From the NCBI GenBank assembly GCA_043800725.1, contig JAZDMR010000011.1, positions 85,369 through 149,368 of the forward strand: 64,000 bases of DNA, given 5' to 3'. Below the pieces are notes generated by a model that did no database searches, was not told where the DNA came from, and saw only the letters and a program-made list of their open reading frames with translations. Source of the stretch: a bacterium (GTDB taxonomy: Bacteria > Patescibacteriota > Patescibacteriia > HK-STAS-PATE-3). The position numbers and the translations under genes were made by a program. Positions 35,711-46,025 of this stretch are shown piece by piece (position 1 is the first letter of the stretch; the number at the start of each line of letters is the position of its first letter).

Positions 35711-37001
35711 AAAAAATCCAGCTCAGCCTTATTCCATAGTTACCCTGCCGACTGGCTTAAGGGTGTTAACCGTGCCCCTGCACGATACAAAAGCCGTGAC
35801 CGTTTTGGTTTTGACCAAGGTTGGTTCGCGCTATGAATCCAAGCGCATTAATGGCATTTCCCATTTTGTTGAGCATCTGATGTTCAAAGGAACAAAAAAA
35901 CGTCCGAATAGTTTAGCGATTTCCAAGCTGCTGGATGGCGTAGGCGCGGAGTACAATGCTTTCACGTCCAAGGATCATACCGGCTATTACGTGAAAATAA
36001 ACAGCGAGCATTTGGATCTGGCCCTGGATGTGGTTTCGGACATGCTTAATAATTCCAAGTTCGACCCCAAGGAAATTGATCGTGAACGAGGGGTGATCAT
36101 TGAGGAAATTAACATGTACGAGGATAATCCTCTGATGTATCTGGAAGACATTTTCGAGCAAACACTTTATTCAGGCAGCACTTTGGGCAGGTTAATTGCC
36201 GGGCCACGCATCAATATTAAAAATATCAGCCGGCAGAATATCCTGGATTTTGTGAAAACGCACTATATTCCCTCAAACATGCTGGTAGCGGTATCCGGCA
36301 GATTTGACGAAACCAAGATCAAAAAACAGATCAAATCGTATTTCAGCCAAACTTCCGCCAAGCGAACCCCCAGCCGCTTTAAAAAATTCAGCTACCAGGG
36401 CAGCAAGCCAAAGATCGGCCTGGAATACAAAGACACTGAGCAAGCTCAAATCGGCCTGGGCTTTCCGGCCGTTTCTTACTTTAGCAATCAGCTGTCCGCT
36501 TTTGTGATTTTGAGCACCATCTTGGGAGGCAACATGAGTTCTCGATTATTCATCCAGATCCGCGAACGCCGAGGCTTGGCTTATGCCATTCGCTGCACGC
36601 CTACGGTTTACCAGGATACTGGCAATCTGTTTATCCAGGCCGGAGTAGCGCGCGCGCGGGCTGAAGAATCCATTTCAGCAATACTGTTCGAGCTTGAAAA
36701 GGTGGCTGACAAGGGCGTTACCAGCGTTGAATTAGCCCGAGCCAAAGAATTTATCAAAGGCAAGCTAATCTTGGAGCTGGAAGACTCGGAAAGCATTGGC
36801 GCTTGGTTTGCCAAGCAATGGCTGCTGACCAATAAAATAGAAACCCCCAACGATAAGCTAATAAAAATTCAAGCCGTAACCAAAGAACAAGTTAATTTAT
36901 TAGCTAAAAAACTGTTTAAGCGATCAAGGCTTAATCTGGCCGTGATTGGCCCGTTTAAAAGCACCAAGCAGTTTGGTAAGTTGATTAATAAGAAGAGTTG
37001 A
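35703..37001 (+). CDS. M16 family zinc peptidase
   Basis: GISHFVEHLMFKGT (HxxEH), NAFTS, SSRLF..IRERRGLAY. Confidence 0.94.
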   Translation: MLKKNPAQPYSIVTLPTGLRVLTVPLHDTKAVTVLVLTKVGSRYESKRINGISHFVEHLMFKGTKKRPNSLAISKLLDGVGAEYNAFTSKDHTGYYVKINSEHLDLALDVVSDMLNNSKFDPKEIDRERGVIIEEINMYEDNPLMYLEDIFEQTLYSGSTLGRLIAGPRINIKNISRQNILDFVKTHYIPSNMLVAVSGRFDETKIKKQIKSYFSQTSAKRTPSRFKKFSYQGSKPKIGLEYKDTEQAQIGLGFPAVSYFSNQLSAFVILSTILGGNMSSRLFIQIRERRGLAYAIRCTPTVYQDTGNLFIQAGVARARAEESISAILFELEKVADKGVTSVELARAKEFIKGKLILELEDSESIGAWFAKQWLLTNKIETPNDKLIKIQAVTKEQVNLLAKKLFKRSRLNLAVIGPFKSTKQFGKLINKKS

Positions 37002-37224
37002 TTGCTTACTTTTTTTGGCAGGTAATCCAAAATCAGTCTTCGAGGGACTTAAGAAGCCTGATTAGATTTATTATTTTGGTTCTCGATGGAGCCTGTCCTG
37101 ATGTATATTAGGACTCGAATACTGAATAAAAAAACGATGCAGCAGATGACGGAAACGATGCGGATCGTCCAATATCGGCTACCCCTGTTGTCTTTTGTGG
37201 TATAATATTCATTAGGAAAAGCCT

Positions 37225-38280
37225 ATGCCAGAAACCGAACCAAAATACGTTTATTTACGAGTAACCATGAGCGGGATTATCAGAATTCTGCTTGTTTTAC
37301 TAGGCTTGTTTGTAGTCTATCTGGTGCGCGATGTGATTGCTATCGTGTTTGTTTCTCTGGTGTTTGCTTCCGCTTTAGACCCATGGGTAGACGGACTCCA
37401 GCGCCGCAGCATCCCTCGGGTGTTGGGCATTATAATAATCTATGCGGTTCTGATCGGAGTGATCAGTCTGACCATTATATTATTTGTGCCGTTAATTTCC
37501 AACCAAGTTAGCCAGCTGGCGGATAAGTTTCCGACTCTGTATAACCGAGTGACAGAAGGCTTTAATATACCTGATAATCCCAATGATACGTCGTTGCTTT
37601 CCGGGATTCAGGAGATGCTTAATGCGCTTAATCAATCATTGGTAAAAATTACCAGCAGCATTTTTTCAGGGGTGGTTAGCGTATTTGGAGGCATCTTTAC
37701 TTTGTTTGGCGTACTGGTGCTGACCTTTTATATGACCCTGGAAGAGCATGGCATTAAAAAGTTTATTCAGTCGATTTCGCCCATGCGGCTGCAGGGCTAC
37801 ATAATGGAGCTGATTAACAGGATTCAGCATCGGCTGGGTTTGTGGCTGCGCGGCCAATTGATATTAAGTTTGATTATCGGCGTAATGACTTTTATCGGGC
37901 TGTCAATATTGGGGGTTAATTTCGCCATTGTCTTATCCTTATTTGCTGGCTTAACTGAATTTATTCCTATTGCCGGTCCATTCATTGGCGCAATTCCGGC
38001 TGTGCTGGTTGCCTTTAGCCAATCGCCTCTGAAGGCTCTTTTGGTAATTATCCTTTACATCATTGTTCAGCAGCTGGAAAACAACCTGATTGTGCCCAAG
38101 GTGATGCAAAAAGTAACCGGCCTGAATCCTGTAGTGGTGATTGTGGTTATGCTCATCGGCGCCAAGGTGGCGGGCATTACCGGAGTTATCCTGGCCATTC
38201 CAGTTACTATAATCGGTAATGCCATTTTGGAAGATTTTATCAAAGAGAAAAAAGCCGCCGCCAATAGGTTAGAAACGTGA
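37225..38280 (+). CDS. AI-2E family transporter
   Basis: Multi-TM; WLRGQL, EFIP..GP, QQLENNLIVPKVM, GLNP. Confidence 0.9.
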   Translation: MPETEPKYVYLRVTMSGIIRILLVLLGLFVVYLVRDVIAIVFVSLVFASALDPWVDGLQRRSIPRVLGIIIIYAVLIGVISLTIILFVPLISNQVSQLADKFPTLYNRVTEGFNIPDNPNDTSLLSGIQEMLNALNQSLVKITSSIFSGVVSVFGGIFTLFGVLVLTFYMTLEEHGIKKFIQSISPMRLQGYIMELINRIQHRLGLWLRGQLILSLIIGVMTFIGLSILGVNFAIVLSLFAGLTEFIPIAGPFIGAIPAVLVAFSQSPLKALLVIILYIIVQQLENNLIVPKVMQKVTGLNPVVVIVVMLIGAKVAGITGVILAIPVTIIGNAILEDFIKEKKAAANRLET

Positions 38281-38951
38281 CACCAGGACAGCTATACATA
38301 ATCGGCACCCCGATAGGTAATTTGGAAGATCTATCCTATCGCGCGCATCGGTTGCTCACCGAGGTTGATTTTATTATTTGCGAAGATACCAGGGTAACCA
38401 AGAAGCTGCTGGAGCGCTATCACATTAATAAGCCCCTGGTGTCATACCATCAGCACAGCAAGTTAGCGCGGGTGGACAGTATTATCGCTCGTTTGAAAGA
38501 AGGAGCCAGCGCGGCATTGGTTTCCGATGCCGGCACCCCGGGCATTTCTGATCCTGGTAATCAGGTAGTTGCCCAGGCAGTCGGGAATAGCCTAACGGTA
38601 GTACCCATTCCCGGCCCCAGCGCCTTGACGTCTTTATTGTCAGTGGCCGGGATGCCCACTGATCGATTTATCTTCCTGGGGTTTTTGCCTCACAAGAAAG
38701 GCCGAGAAAAAATATTTAATCAAATCTCTCAATCAGAAGAATTAACCGGTTTTTTTGAATCGCCCCATCGCATTATTAAAACATTGGGCCAATTGATTAA
38801 ATGCTGTCCAAATTCTCAATTAGTATTAGGCAGAGAATTGACCAAGAAGTTTGAGCAGATTGTCAGAGGCACCCCAGAAGCGGTTTTGGCCGAGCTGACC
38901 AAGTCGCCAGAAACATTGAAAGGTGAATTTGTTGTTTTAATAAAAAAATGA
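38277..38951 (+). CDS. rsmI: 16S rRNA C1402 2'-O-methyltransferase
   Basis: TPIGNLED, CEDTR, VSDAGTPGISDPG, FESPHR, RELTK. Confidence 0.96.
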   Translation: MTPGQLYIIGTPIGNLEDLSYRAHRLLTEVDFIICEDTRVTKKLLERYHINKPLVSYHQHSKLARVDSIIARLKEGASAALVSDAGTPGISDPGNQVVAQAVGNSLTVVPIPGPSALTSLLSVAGMPTDRFIFLGFLPHKKGREKIFNQISQSEELTGFFESPHRIIKTLGQLIKCCPNSQLVLGRELTKKFEQIVRGTPEAVLAELTKSPETLKGEFVVLIKK

Positions 38952-39018
38952 TAATCATTACGAGAAGTCCCGACGTAACATCGGGGATTCGCAATGACTG
39001 ACTATTGTTAACATATTT

Positions 39019-40473
39019 ATGATCAAGAAATTCTACGTGACAACCCCAATTTACTATGTAAATGACCAGCCGCATATTGGCCATGCGTATACCACTATTG
39101 CTGCGGACGTATTGGCGCGCTACTGGCGCAATAAATTGGGCAAGGATAAAGTATTTTTTTTAACTGGCACTGACGAGCACGGCGATAAAGTGGCAGCTGG
39201 CGCAAAAGCCGAAGGTTTAGAAATTACAGAATTTGTAGATAAATACGCTAGTAAATTCCAAGAAACTTTTAAAAGATTAAGTATTGATTATAATAAATTT
39301 ATTCGCACTACTGAACCGGAACACAACGATTCAGTCCAGATTTTTATGAACAAGCTAAATCAAGCCGGGGCTGTTTATCAGGGCGTTTACGAAGGATTAT
39401 ATTGCCGGGACTGCGAAGATTTTTATCGGGAAAAGGATTTAGCAGACGGCCAATGCCCGGTTCATTTAAAGCCGCCCGAATTGGTTAAAGAAAAGAATTG
39501 GTTTTTTCGCTTGGAAAAATATTTACGCCAGGTGGAAGAGCTGATTGCCTCGGGAGAATTAGTTATTGAGCCGGTTAATATTAATAAAGAAGTGCAGGGT
39601 TTATTAAAGCAAGGGCTGAAAGATTTTTCCATTACTCGCGAGCGGGTAAATTGGGGCTTGGATTTTCCTGTTGATAGCAGTCTGAAAATATATGTCTGGG
39701 TTGAGGCTTTGCAAAATTATATTTCAGCAATCGGCTATGGTAGAGACGACAAAGAGTTCAACGCCTGGTGGCCAGCGGATATTCATTTGATGGCCAAGGA
39801 CATTATTAAATTCCATTGCATTTATTGGCCGGCCATGTTATTGGCTGCCGGGGAAAAGCTGCCCAGAAAAATATTTGCCCATGGCTTTTTCACAGTTAAT
39901 GGCCAAAAAATGTCCAAAACATTAAAAAATGCAATTGATCCTAACAAGTTGATTAATAAATTCGGCGCTGATGCCACTCGCTATTTATTACTTTCTCAGT
40001 TTCCATTTGGTCAGGACGGCGATATTAAAGAATCGTCTTTTGATGAGCAGTATCAGGCCAGTCTGGCAAACGGCGTTGGCAATCTGGTTGCCAGAGTCAG
40101 CAAAATGATTGAGCAGTATTTGGATGGCCAGATTAATAAATCAATTAAACCTAGCCAGGAATTTAATCAGCATTGTGAATTAATAGAGCAGGAGATTGAG
40201 CAGCTTCATTTGCAGGGCGCTATAAAAACCATTCAAAAAGCTTTATCGTCTCTAGATGAAGTAATTGAAAAAGCCCAGCCCTGGCAAATGGCCAAGGAAG
40301 ACAAACCACAAGAGCTTAAAGAAATCTTGTCCCAGCAGGCAGCTAGCATATTGAAATTGGCTCAATATATTCAGCTGTTTATGCCAGAAACTGGGCAGAA
40401 GATTCAAGACCAATTTAAGCAGGATAAAATAACAAAAGGTGAAATTCTATTCCCTAGAATCGAGTCAGAATAA
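39019..40473 (+). CDS. metG: Methionine--tRNA ligase
   Basis: TTPIYYVN..PHIGH, TGTDEHG, YVW.EAL.NY, KMSKT. Confidence 0.97.
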   Translation: MIKKFYVTTPIYYVNDQPHIGHAYTTIAADVLARYWRNKLGKDKVFFLTGTDEHGDKVAAGAKAEGLEITEFVDKYASKFQETFKRLSIDYNKFIRTTEPEHNDSVQIFMNKLNQAGAVYQGVYEGLYCRDCEDFYREKDLADGQCPVHLKPPELVKEKNWFFRLEKYLRQVEELIASGELVIEPVNINKEVQGLLKQGLKDFSITRERVNWGLDFPVDSSLKIYVWVEALQNYISAIGYGRDDKEFNAWWPADIHLMAKDIIKFHCIYWPAMLLAAGEKLPRKIFAHGFFTVNGQKMSKTLKNAIDPNKLINKFGADATRYLLLSQFPFGQDGDIKESSFDEQYQASLANGVGNLVARVSKMIEQYLDGQINKSIKPSQEFNQHCELIEQEIEQLHLQGAIKTIQKALSSLDEVIEKAQPWQMAKEDKPQELKEILSQQAASILKLAQYIQLFMPETGQKIQDQFKQDKITKGEILFPRIESE

Positions 40474-40578
40474 TTGACGCTCATAGGCAAATGTGCTATT
40501 ATGACACTAGAATAATTTTGTGTTTGCGCTATTTCTGCGCAAACACCTTATTTCATTTATTAGTTTTTAAACATATGT

Positions 40579-41196
40579 ATGATTGAGCGCGGATCATCTC
40601 CAAAAGAAATGAGGCTGGACCCCAATGCATCAGAGTGGAAAGCCCCGGAAAAAGAAACAGGGGAGGGTGTTGTAGTACCTAAATCTGCGGAAATGGAAGC
40701 CGATGCTGGAGTCAGGGAAAGAAGTAAGTTCGAATTAGAGCAAGTACCTGAAAGTCCTGCTGAAAAAAGTATTATGGAAGCTGGGACAGATCGAATAAAG
40801 GGTATGGAAAAGAAATGGGGATCGTTTAAAGAAGGATTAGCAAATAGATTCGGAGGTCTAGGTAAAGGCATAGAAAAAAAATTAGCATCAGCCATGAACA
40901 CGAAGGAAGCAACTAAGGAAGTTAAAGGTTATGGCAAAGAAAAACCGGACACTGGAAAACAAAAAATATTTGATAGTGCAATAGGGCTTTGGAGAAAAGG
41001 AATGGACTTAAAAGATGGTGCTGTAAGAGAAATACGCGCGAGTATTTTGGAATTTCAAAGCTGTATGAAGGCTGTCCGATCCACCAGAGAAAATGACACG
41101 CGACATCAAGAGTATTTATCTTTACAAGCTAAATTACCAGAATTAAAAGATAGGATTGGAAAAATAAATGCTTTTGCAGCAGAGTTTGGTGGTTAA
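40579..41196 (+). CDS. Hypothetical charged protein
   Basis: 205-aa E/K-rich ORF behind a TTGACG/TATTAT promoter. Confidence 0.6.
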   Translation: MIERGSSPKEMRLDPNASEWKAPEKETGEGVVVPKSAEMEADAGVRERSKFELEQVPESPAEKSIMEAGTDRIKGMEKKWGSFKEGLANRFGGLGKGIEKKLASAMNTKEATKEVKGYGKEKPDTGKQKIFDSAIGLWRKGMDLKDGAVREIRASILEFQSCMKAVRSTRENDTRHQEYLSLQAKLPELKDRIGKINAFAAEFGG

Positions 41197-41205
41197 TTTA
41201 AAAAT

Positions 41206-41544
41206 ATGGATAATAAACAAGCTATCGAATTATTACAAAAGTCTGATCTACCTGAGGCAGAAAAAAACCGTTTAACCAAGCTCTTGGAAACCAAAGGCTG
41301 GAACGCTGAAGTGCAAAAAGAAGTCTTGAACACTATCCAAAAGACCGCTAATATATTTCAGTCGGAAATGGAATCAATCAAAGAAAAGACCGGCGCTTAT
41401 GAAGAAGAAATGGCCAAGGAAGAAAAGCGCCTGGTACAAGAAACCCAAGCCAAAATTGACCATACTGTGGCTGAATTTGATAAAAGCTTAGATGAGCTGG
41501 ACCAAGAAGCCGACGCAGTGATCGAGCAAGCCAAACAGGAATAA
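41206..41544 (+). CDS. Hypothetical coiled-coil protein
   Basis: 112-aa helical acidic ORF. Confidence 0.65.
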   Translation: MDNKQAIELLQKSDLPEAEKNRLTKLLETKGWNAEVQKEVLNTIQKTANIFQSEMESIKEKTGAYEEEMAKEEKRLVQETQAKIDHTVAEFDKSLDELDQEADAVIEQAKQE

Positions 41545-41704
41545 AATAGCAAAGACCGCCAGTCTGTTATATTTTAAACTGTGGGCAGGTTAGGGGTGTC
41601 CGCGATTACCCACTAGTGGTTTATGGACCCTCAGGTTTATGTTACGATACAAGCAAGACAGTATTCCAAGGCTTTGATTTTTCAATCATTAACCCTTTAT
41701 ACGC

Positions 41705-42223
41705 ATGACTTTATTTGATTTCATACTTATCCTGGTATTGTTTGGTTTTACTTGGTTCGGCTTCTGGGCCGGGCTAATCAAGACTTTTGGCTCGCTGATC
41801 GGCGTTTTTGTGGGAGCCTTTTTTTCAGGCTTATGGTATCAGCCGATGTCGGGATTTATTGAGCCATTCATTGGCGGCAACGGGGTGATCGCTGACGTGG
41901 TGGGATTTATTTTGGTTTATATGATTGCCACCCAACTGTTTGGTATTGCGGTTTTATTGATTAACAAAGCGTTTAATATCTTTGCCATTGTTCCGGGCAT
42001 GAAGCTTTTGAACAGAATGGGCGGAGGTATTTTGGGGTTTATTGAAGGAACTTTGTTAATCGGAATCGTACTGCAATTTATCAGCCGCCTGCCCTTAAGC
42101 GACGCTTGGATCGAACGGCTGGCCGAGTCTGACGTGGTGGGCTATTTTGCAGGATTGACCGGCTGGCTGGTGCCGCTGTTTCCCAAAGCGCTGGAGGGTT
42201 TGACTTCTATTTTTATTAAATAA
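41705..42223 (+). CDS. CvpA family protein
   Basis: FDFILIL..GF..GLIK, LNRMGGGILGFIEG. Confidence 0.85.
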   Translation: MTLFDFILILVLFGFTWFGFWAGLIKTFGSLIGVFVGAFFSGLWYQPMSGFIEPFIGGNGVIADVVGFILVYMIATQLFGIAVLLINKAFNIFAIVPGMKLLNRMGGGILGFIEGTLLIGIVLQFISRLPLSDAWIERLAESDVVGYFAGLTGWLVPLFPKALEGLTSIFIK

Positions 42224-42233
42224 CCCCTAAGCG

Positions 42234-43025
42234 ATGCCTGGACTAGTTGATTCGCACTGCCACTTAAATTACAAAAAATATAATGACGACTACCGAGAAG
42301 TAATTTCTCGGAGTTTGGAGCAGGGCATGAAAATAGTCATACCCAGTTCGCAATTGGCTACCAGCCAGCGGGCTGTGGAGATTGCCAAAGAGTTCAATGA
42401 TGTTTATGCGGCCGTAGCCCTGCACCCAATCCATATAGTAGACGAAGAGTTTGATGATCTTGAGTATTTAAAACTGGCCAAGCAGCCGGAGGTGGTGGGT
42501 ATTGGCGAGACTGGTTTGGATAAGTTTCGTATTTACGCAGTTAGTGAAGGAGAAGAAGAAGCTATCTTTGCCAAACAGATTAAAGTTTTTAAACAGCATT
42601 TGGAAGTGGCGGAAGCAGTTAACAAGCCCGTGATCATGCATTGCCGGGAAGCTTATCAAGAGCAATTGGAAGTTATCATGGCGCGCGGCTTAAAGGTAAA
42701 ATCGGTAATTCATTGCTTTATTGGCAATCGTGAGCAAGTTGGCGGCTTTCTCGACTTTGGCTCGTATGTGGGCTTTACCGGCATTATCACTTTCAAAAAC
42801 GTTGAACCTGAGTTACTTGATGTGGTCAAGGAGACGCCATTAGACAAGATATTGATTGAAACTGACTCGCCTTATTTAGCACCAGTGCCGCATCGAGGCC
42901 AGCGTAATGAGCCTTTGTATGTAGAATTCGTAGCCAGGAAAATTGCAGAAGTGAAAGGCATTTCCTATGAAGAAGTGGTTGAAGCGACTAGGGAGAATGC
43001 GATTCAGTTATTTGGGTTGAAATAA
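42234..43025 (+). CDS. tatD: TatD family hydrolase
   Basis: DSHCHL, IGETGLD, MHCR, IHCF, ETDSPYLAP. Confidence 0.95.
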   Translation: MPGLVDSHCHLNYKKYNDDYREVISRSLEQGMKIVIPSSQLATSQRAVEIAKEFNDVYAAVALHPIHIVDEEFDDLEYLKLAKQPEVVGIGETGLDKFRIYAVSEGEEEAIFAKQIKVFKQHLEVAEAVNKPVIMHCREAYQEQLEVIMARGLKVKSVIHCFIGNREQVGGFLDFGSYVGFTGIITFKNVEPELLDVVKETPLDKILIETDSPYLAPVPHRGQRNEPLYVEFVARKIAEVKGISYEEVVEATRENAIQLFGLK

Positions 43026-43048
43026 CACCGCACAGTCATTCCCAGACT

Positions 43049-43176
43049 GTCATTGCGAGCCCAAAGGGCGTGTCACCGCGGAGCGGTATCCCGCCTCTAA
43101 AATTGTTGCGAGATGACGCGGGAGCAATCTCGTTGTATTGATAAAACGAGACTGCTTCGCGGAGCTCGCAGTGACT
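43049..43176. repeat. Nested REP/MITE-like palindromic element
   Basis: GTCATTGCGAGC...AGCAATCTCG...CGAGACTGCTTCGCGGAGCTCGCAGTGAC with an inserted CACCGCGGAGCGG..CCCGC unit also seen at about 54762. Confidence 0.55.
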
Positions 43177-43233
43177 GGAAAGGTGCGCGTTGTTTGTATT
43201 GACACTTTTTTATACACCTGCTAACTTGTTTTT

Positions 43234-43407
43234 GCTGGAGGTTGATCCTGACGGATTTCCAGCGATGTCGCGAACAGTCAGGTCTCTGTGTAATGACGCC
43301 TCCGGTCGCATAGAGGAAGAACAGAGGCATTGCGGTCTGTAGCTTATCAATTACACAGACCGTAGTGGTCAACCCCCGGGCAATCTAAGGGCCCGGGGGA
43401 TATTTTT
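43234..43407 (+). ncRNA. Candidate structured small RNA
   Basis: TTGACA-17-TAACTT promoter at 43199-43227; multiple stems; CCCCCGGGC/GCCCGGGGG terminator; no credible ORF. Confidence 0.45.
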
Positions 43408-43766
43408 ATTAGTATGAACTCGTAATACTTTTTGTCTTTACTTTTTATAAAAAATGCGCTATACTATATTCTTCCGGTGATAAACCGGATATTTTGTACC
43501 TTAATATTTTGAAAGGAGGAACCTAAGTCTTACATTGCACCTTACTAAAAATTCTTCATCATCCAAATCACAAAACAAAAATCACAACATAAATAATAAT
43601 AATGAATACATGCGCATGTTCACTGACCTGCGTCGTGTTCTCGATGATTTAAAGCGCGCCATGGAGTCAGACAAGTAATTTAATTGACAGAGGGGTTTTC
43701 GATTGATAGGGTGGGCTTAGATCATCGATCATCGAAAACCTAGGGAAATTAAGGAGGGATATCCAG

Positions 43767-44195
43767 ATGAAAATCACTGGTTGGTTTCTGATAATTGCTA
43801 TGTTGTTGGTCGTTGTTCCAAGCCTGGTGCAGGCAGAGCCACCACTTTTGGTGCCGTTTGAGGTCGGCCCTGACTTCGGTGTTTTTGATGGCTACCTGAC
43901 ACTTAGATCGGTAATATTACAGCTAACGCGACCAGCCTATACCGGGCTAATTCTGGAAGAAATGGAGCGGCTGGGATATTTTCCCGCTACCTGGAAATTC
44001 TGGTCTGTCTGGCGCTGGCCGATGGGGGACAACATTACCAATCAGTATCCGATTATTGCTTTTATAGGCTTTCGGGAGGGCGATGAACTTGAAACCTGGG
44101 AGTTATACCATTCCCAATACCATCGTTGCTTTATAGAGTATTGGGACCCAGCAGTTAACCCGCATATGTTTCAGGTGTATGTGGAGGTAAAATAA
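43767..44195 (+). CDS. Secreted hypothetical protein, tandem paralog 1
   Basis: Signal peptide ending VQA; AAGGAGG RBS; duplicated promoter block. Confidence 0.75.
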   Translation: MKITGWFLIIAMLLVVVPSLVQAEPPLLVPFEVGPDFGVFDGYLTLRSVILQLTRPAYTGLILEEMERLGYFPATWKFWSVWRWPMGDNITNQYPIIAFIGFREGDELETWELYHSQYHRCFIEYWDPAVNPHMFQVYVEVK

Positions 44196-44366
44196 TTGCC
44201 AACCTGAAGTAAAATACTTCAATCACGCCCTACCACCCCTAACCCATCCTAATAAAGGAAGGGAACTGAGGGAGGTAGGGCGTTTACATAATTGACAGCC
44301 TAGACATCGATTGATAGAGTGGGCCTAGATCGTTGAAAACCTAGGTAAAAAAGGAGGGATATCCAA

Positions 44367-44837
44367 ATGAAAACGACTGGTTGGTTTTTGGTACTCGCTA
44401 TTCTAATGGGAACAGTGCCCAGCTTGGTTCAGGCTGAGTCTTTACTGGTGTATGTGCAGACGGACATTACTTTCAAGGTGGATGACTGCCTGACGGTTCA
44501 GCCGATGGTTGTCCAGCTTACTCGGCCGGCTTATATGGGCCTGATCTGGGAGGAGATCGAGAAGCTGGGTGAGTTGGGTGTCTGGATCACTGGCGGACAG
44601 GTCGAATTGGCTGACCAGAAGGTTTTTGATGCCTGGACCTATTTTTCGTTTGGTCAGGCAGTTACTGATCATTATCCAGTCTATGCTGGGGCATATGTTG
44701 ACCAGCTTGGTCAGCATTTCTACCAGCTTCATCGAGCGCGCTACTCAACAAGTTTCTACCGGGAATTCTGGGATACCCGGGTCTATGGACCGATCTACTT
44801 CCTGGTCTACAAGAAGGTCGAAGGTCCGCCATTGTAA
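44367..44837 (+). CDS. Secreted hypothetical protein, tandem paralog 2
   Basis: MK.TGWFL..A...VPSLVQAE and QLTRPAY.GLI.EE.E.LG shared with 43767. Confidence 0.75.
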   Translation: MKTTGWFLVLAILMGTVPSLVQAESLLVYVQTDITFKVDDCLTVQPMVVQLTRPAYMGLIWEEIEKLGELGVWITGGQVELADQKVFDAWTYFSFGQAVTDHYPVYAGAYVDQLGQHFYQLHRARYSTSFYREFWDTRVYGPIYFLVYKKVEGPPL

Positions 44838-44982
44838 CAATAATCTCAAAAGATTCGAATAACCCCATTTCGTTTAATACGAGGTGGGGTGTTTTGCTAT
44901 ATCCAAAATTAGCCTTCGACCTAAGTGGAGAAGCCTGATGTTCTTTGTAAGCTGTAATTAGGTTCTCGACCGTGCTCGAACA

Positions 44983-45987
44983 CTAATTACTGTCTGGCTT
45001 ATCTAACTTGGACGTGTTGTCAGTCTTAGCAATCCTAATTATATCCTTATTGATCTTTTTAAATTCACCGTCAGCTGCCTGATAAGCATTTTGGGTTGTT
45101 TGGAGATGGTTGCCGACTTTGGTATGGTGCTCATGATAAATTCGAAGATGTCGACCAAGTGCCTCAACGTTCTTTTTAATTTCGATGGCGGATTCTTCGA
45201 TCTGCAAAGCACGTAAGCCCTGAAGCACTGTTTGCAAGTAGGCTAGAAAGGAAGTCGGGGAAACAATGATCACTCGATACTTGCCCCCGGCCCGCTGGAT
45301 AAGATTTTCAGTATTTTCTTTTACAGCACCGACTTTGTTCGTCAGCAGATCGTAATAGATTGCTTCGGACGGGATAAACATAAAAGCGAATTCAAGCGTA
45401 CCCTCTCCGGGCCGGATATATTTGGCAGTTTCTTGGATTCTGAGTTTTAAGTCGTTAACAAAAGCTTTTTCTAATCGCTCTTTCTCTTGTGGATCGGTTG
45501 TTTCAACAAGCCGGTTATAATTATCAAGTGAGAATTTTGCGTCAATCGGGATTATTTTTTCTTTTACTCGAACAATCGCGTCGACTATCTCACCGTCCTT
45601 GAATCGGTATTGTAGCTCGTAACTGCCAGGGGGTAGGACATTTTTTAAAACTGTTTCTAAGTAATATTCACCAACCGCCCCGCGCTGCTTGGGGTTTTTC
45701 AGCAAATCCTGCAAGTTTTGAAGCTGGCCGGAGAAATTAAGCACTTGCTTATTGGTTTCATCCAGCTTGGTCAGTTTTTCTGTTACGTTCTGAATTATCT
45801 TGGTACTTTCTCCAATTTGAGAATCCAGGCGACTCTGGAGAGACTGAATATTCTGATTCAGCATGACAAAGGAAGTATCATTCTTGTCCTTGGTTTCAAA
45901 ATTATTCAATCTGCGTGTAAACAAAATCAGGCCAGCTAACATGGTAATAAGTAGGATTCCAAGTGCGATCAGTATGATTGTATCCAT
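44983..45987 (-). CDS. rmuC: DNA recombination protein RmuC
   Basis: NPKQRG..GE..LE, IPIDAKF, KYI.P..GT..FAFMFIPSEAIY, VSPT. Confidence 0.92.
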   Translation of the reverse strand: MDTIILIALGILLITMLAGLILFTRRLNNFETKDKNDTSFVMLNQNIQSLQSRLDSQIGESTKIIQNVTEKLTKLDETNKQVLNFSGQLQNLQDLLKNPKQRGAVGEYYLETVLKNVLPPGSYELQYRFKDGEIVDAIVRVKEKIIPIDAKFSLDNYNRLVETTDPQEKERLEKAFVNDLKLRIQETAKYIRPGEGTLEFAFMFIPSEAIYYDLLTNKVGAVKENTENLIQRAGGKYRVIIVSPTSFLAYLQTVLQGLRALQIEESAIEIKKNVEALGRHLRIYHEHHTKVGNHLQTTQNAYQAADGEFKKINKDIIRIAKTDNTSKLDKPDSN

Positions 45988-46025
45988 ATTCGAATTTTTA
46001 CTATTTTAAAGGTTTGAGGTAAATA

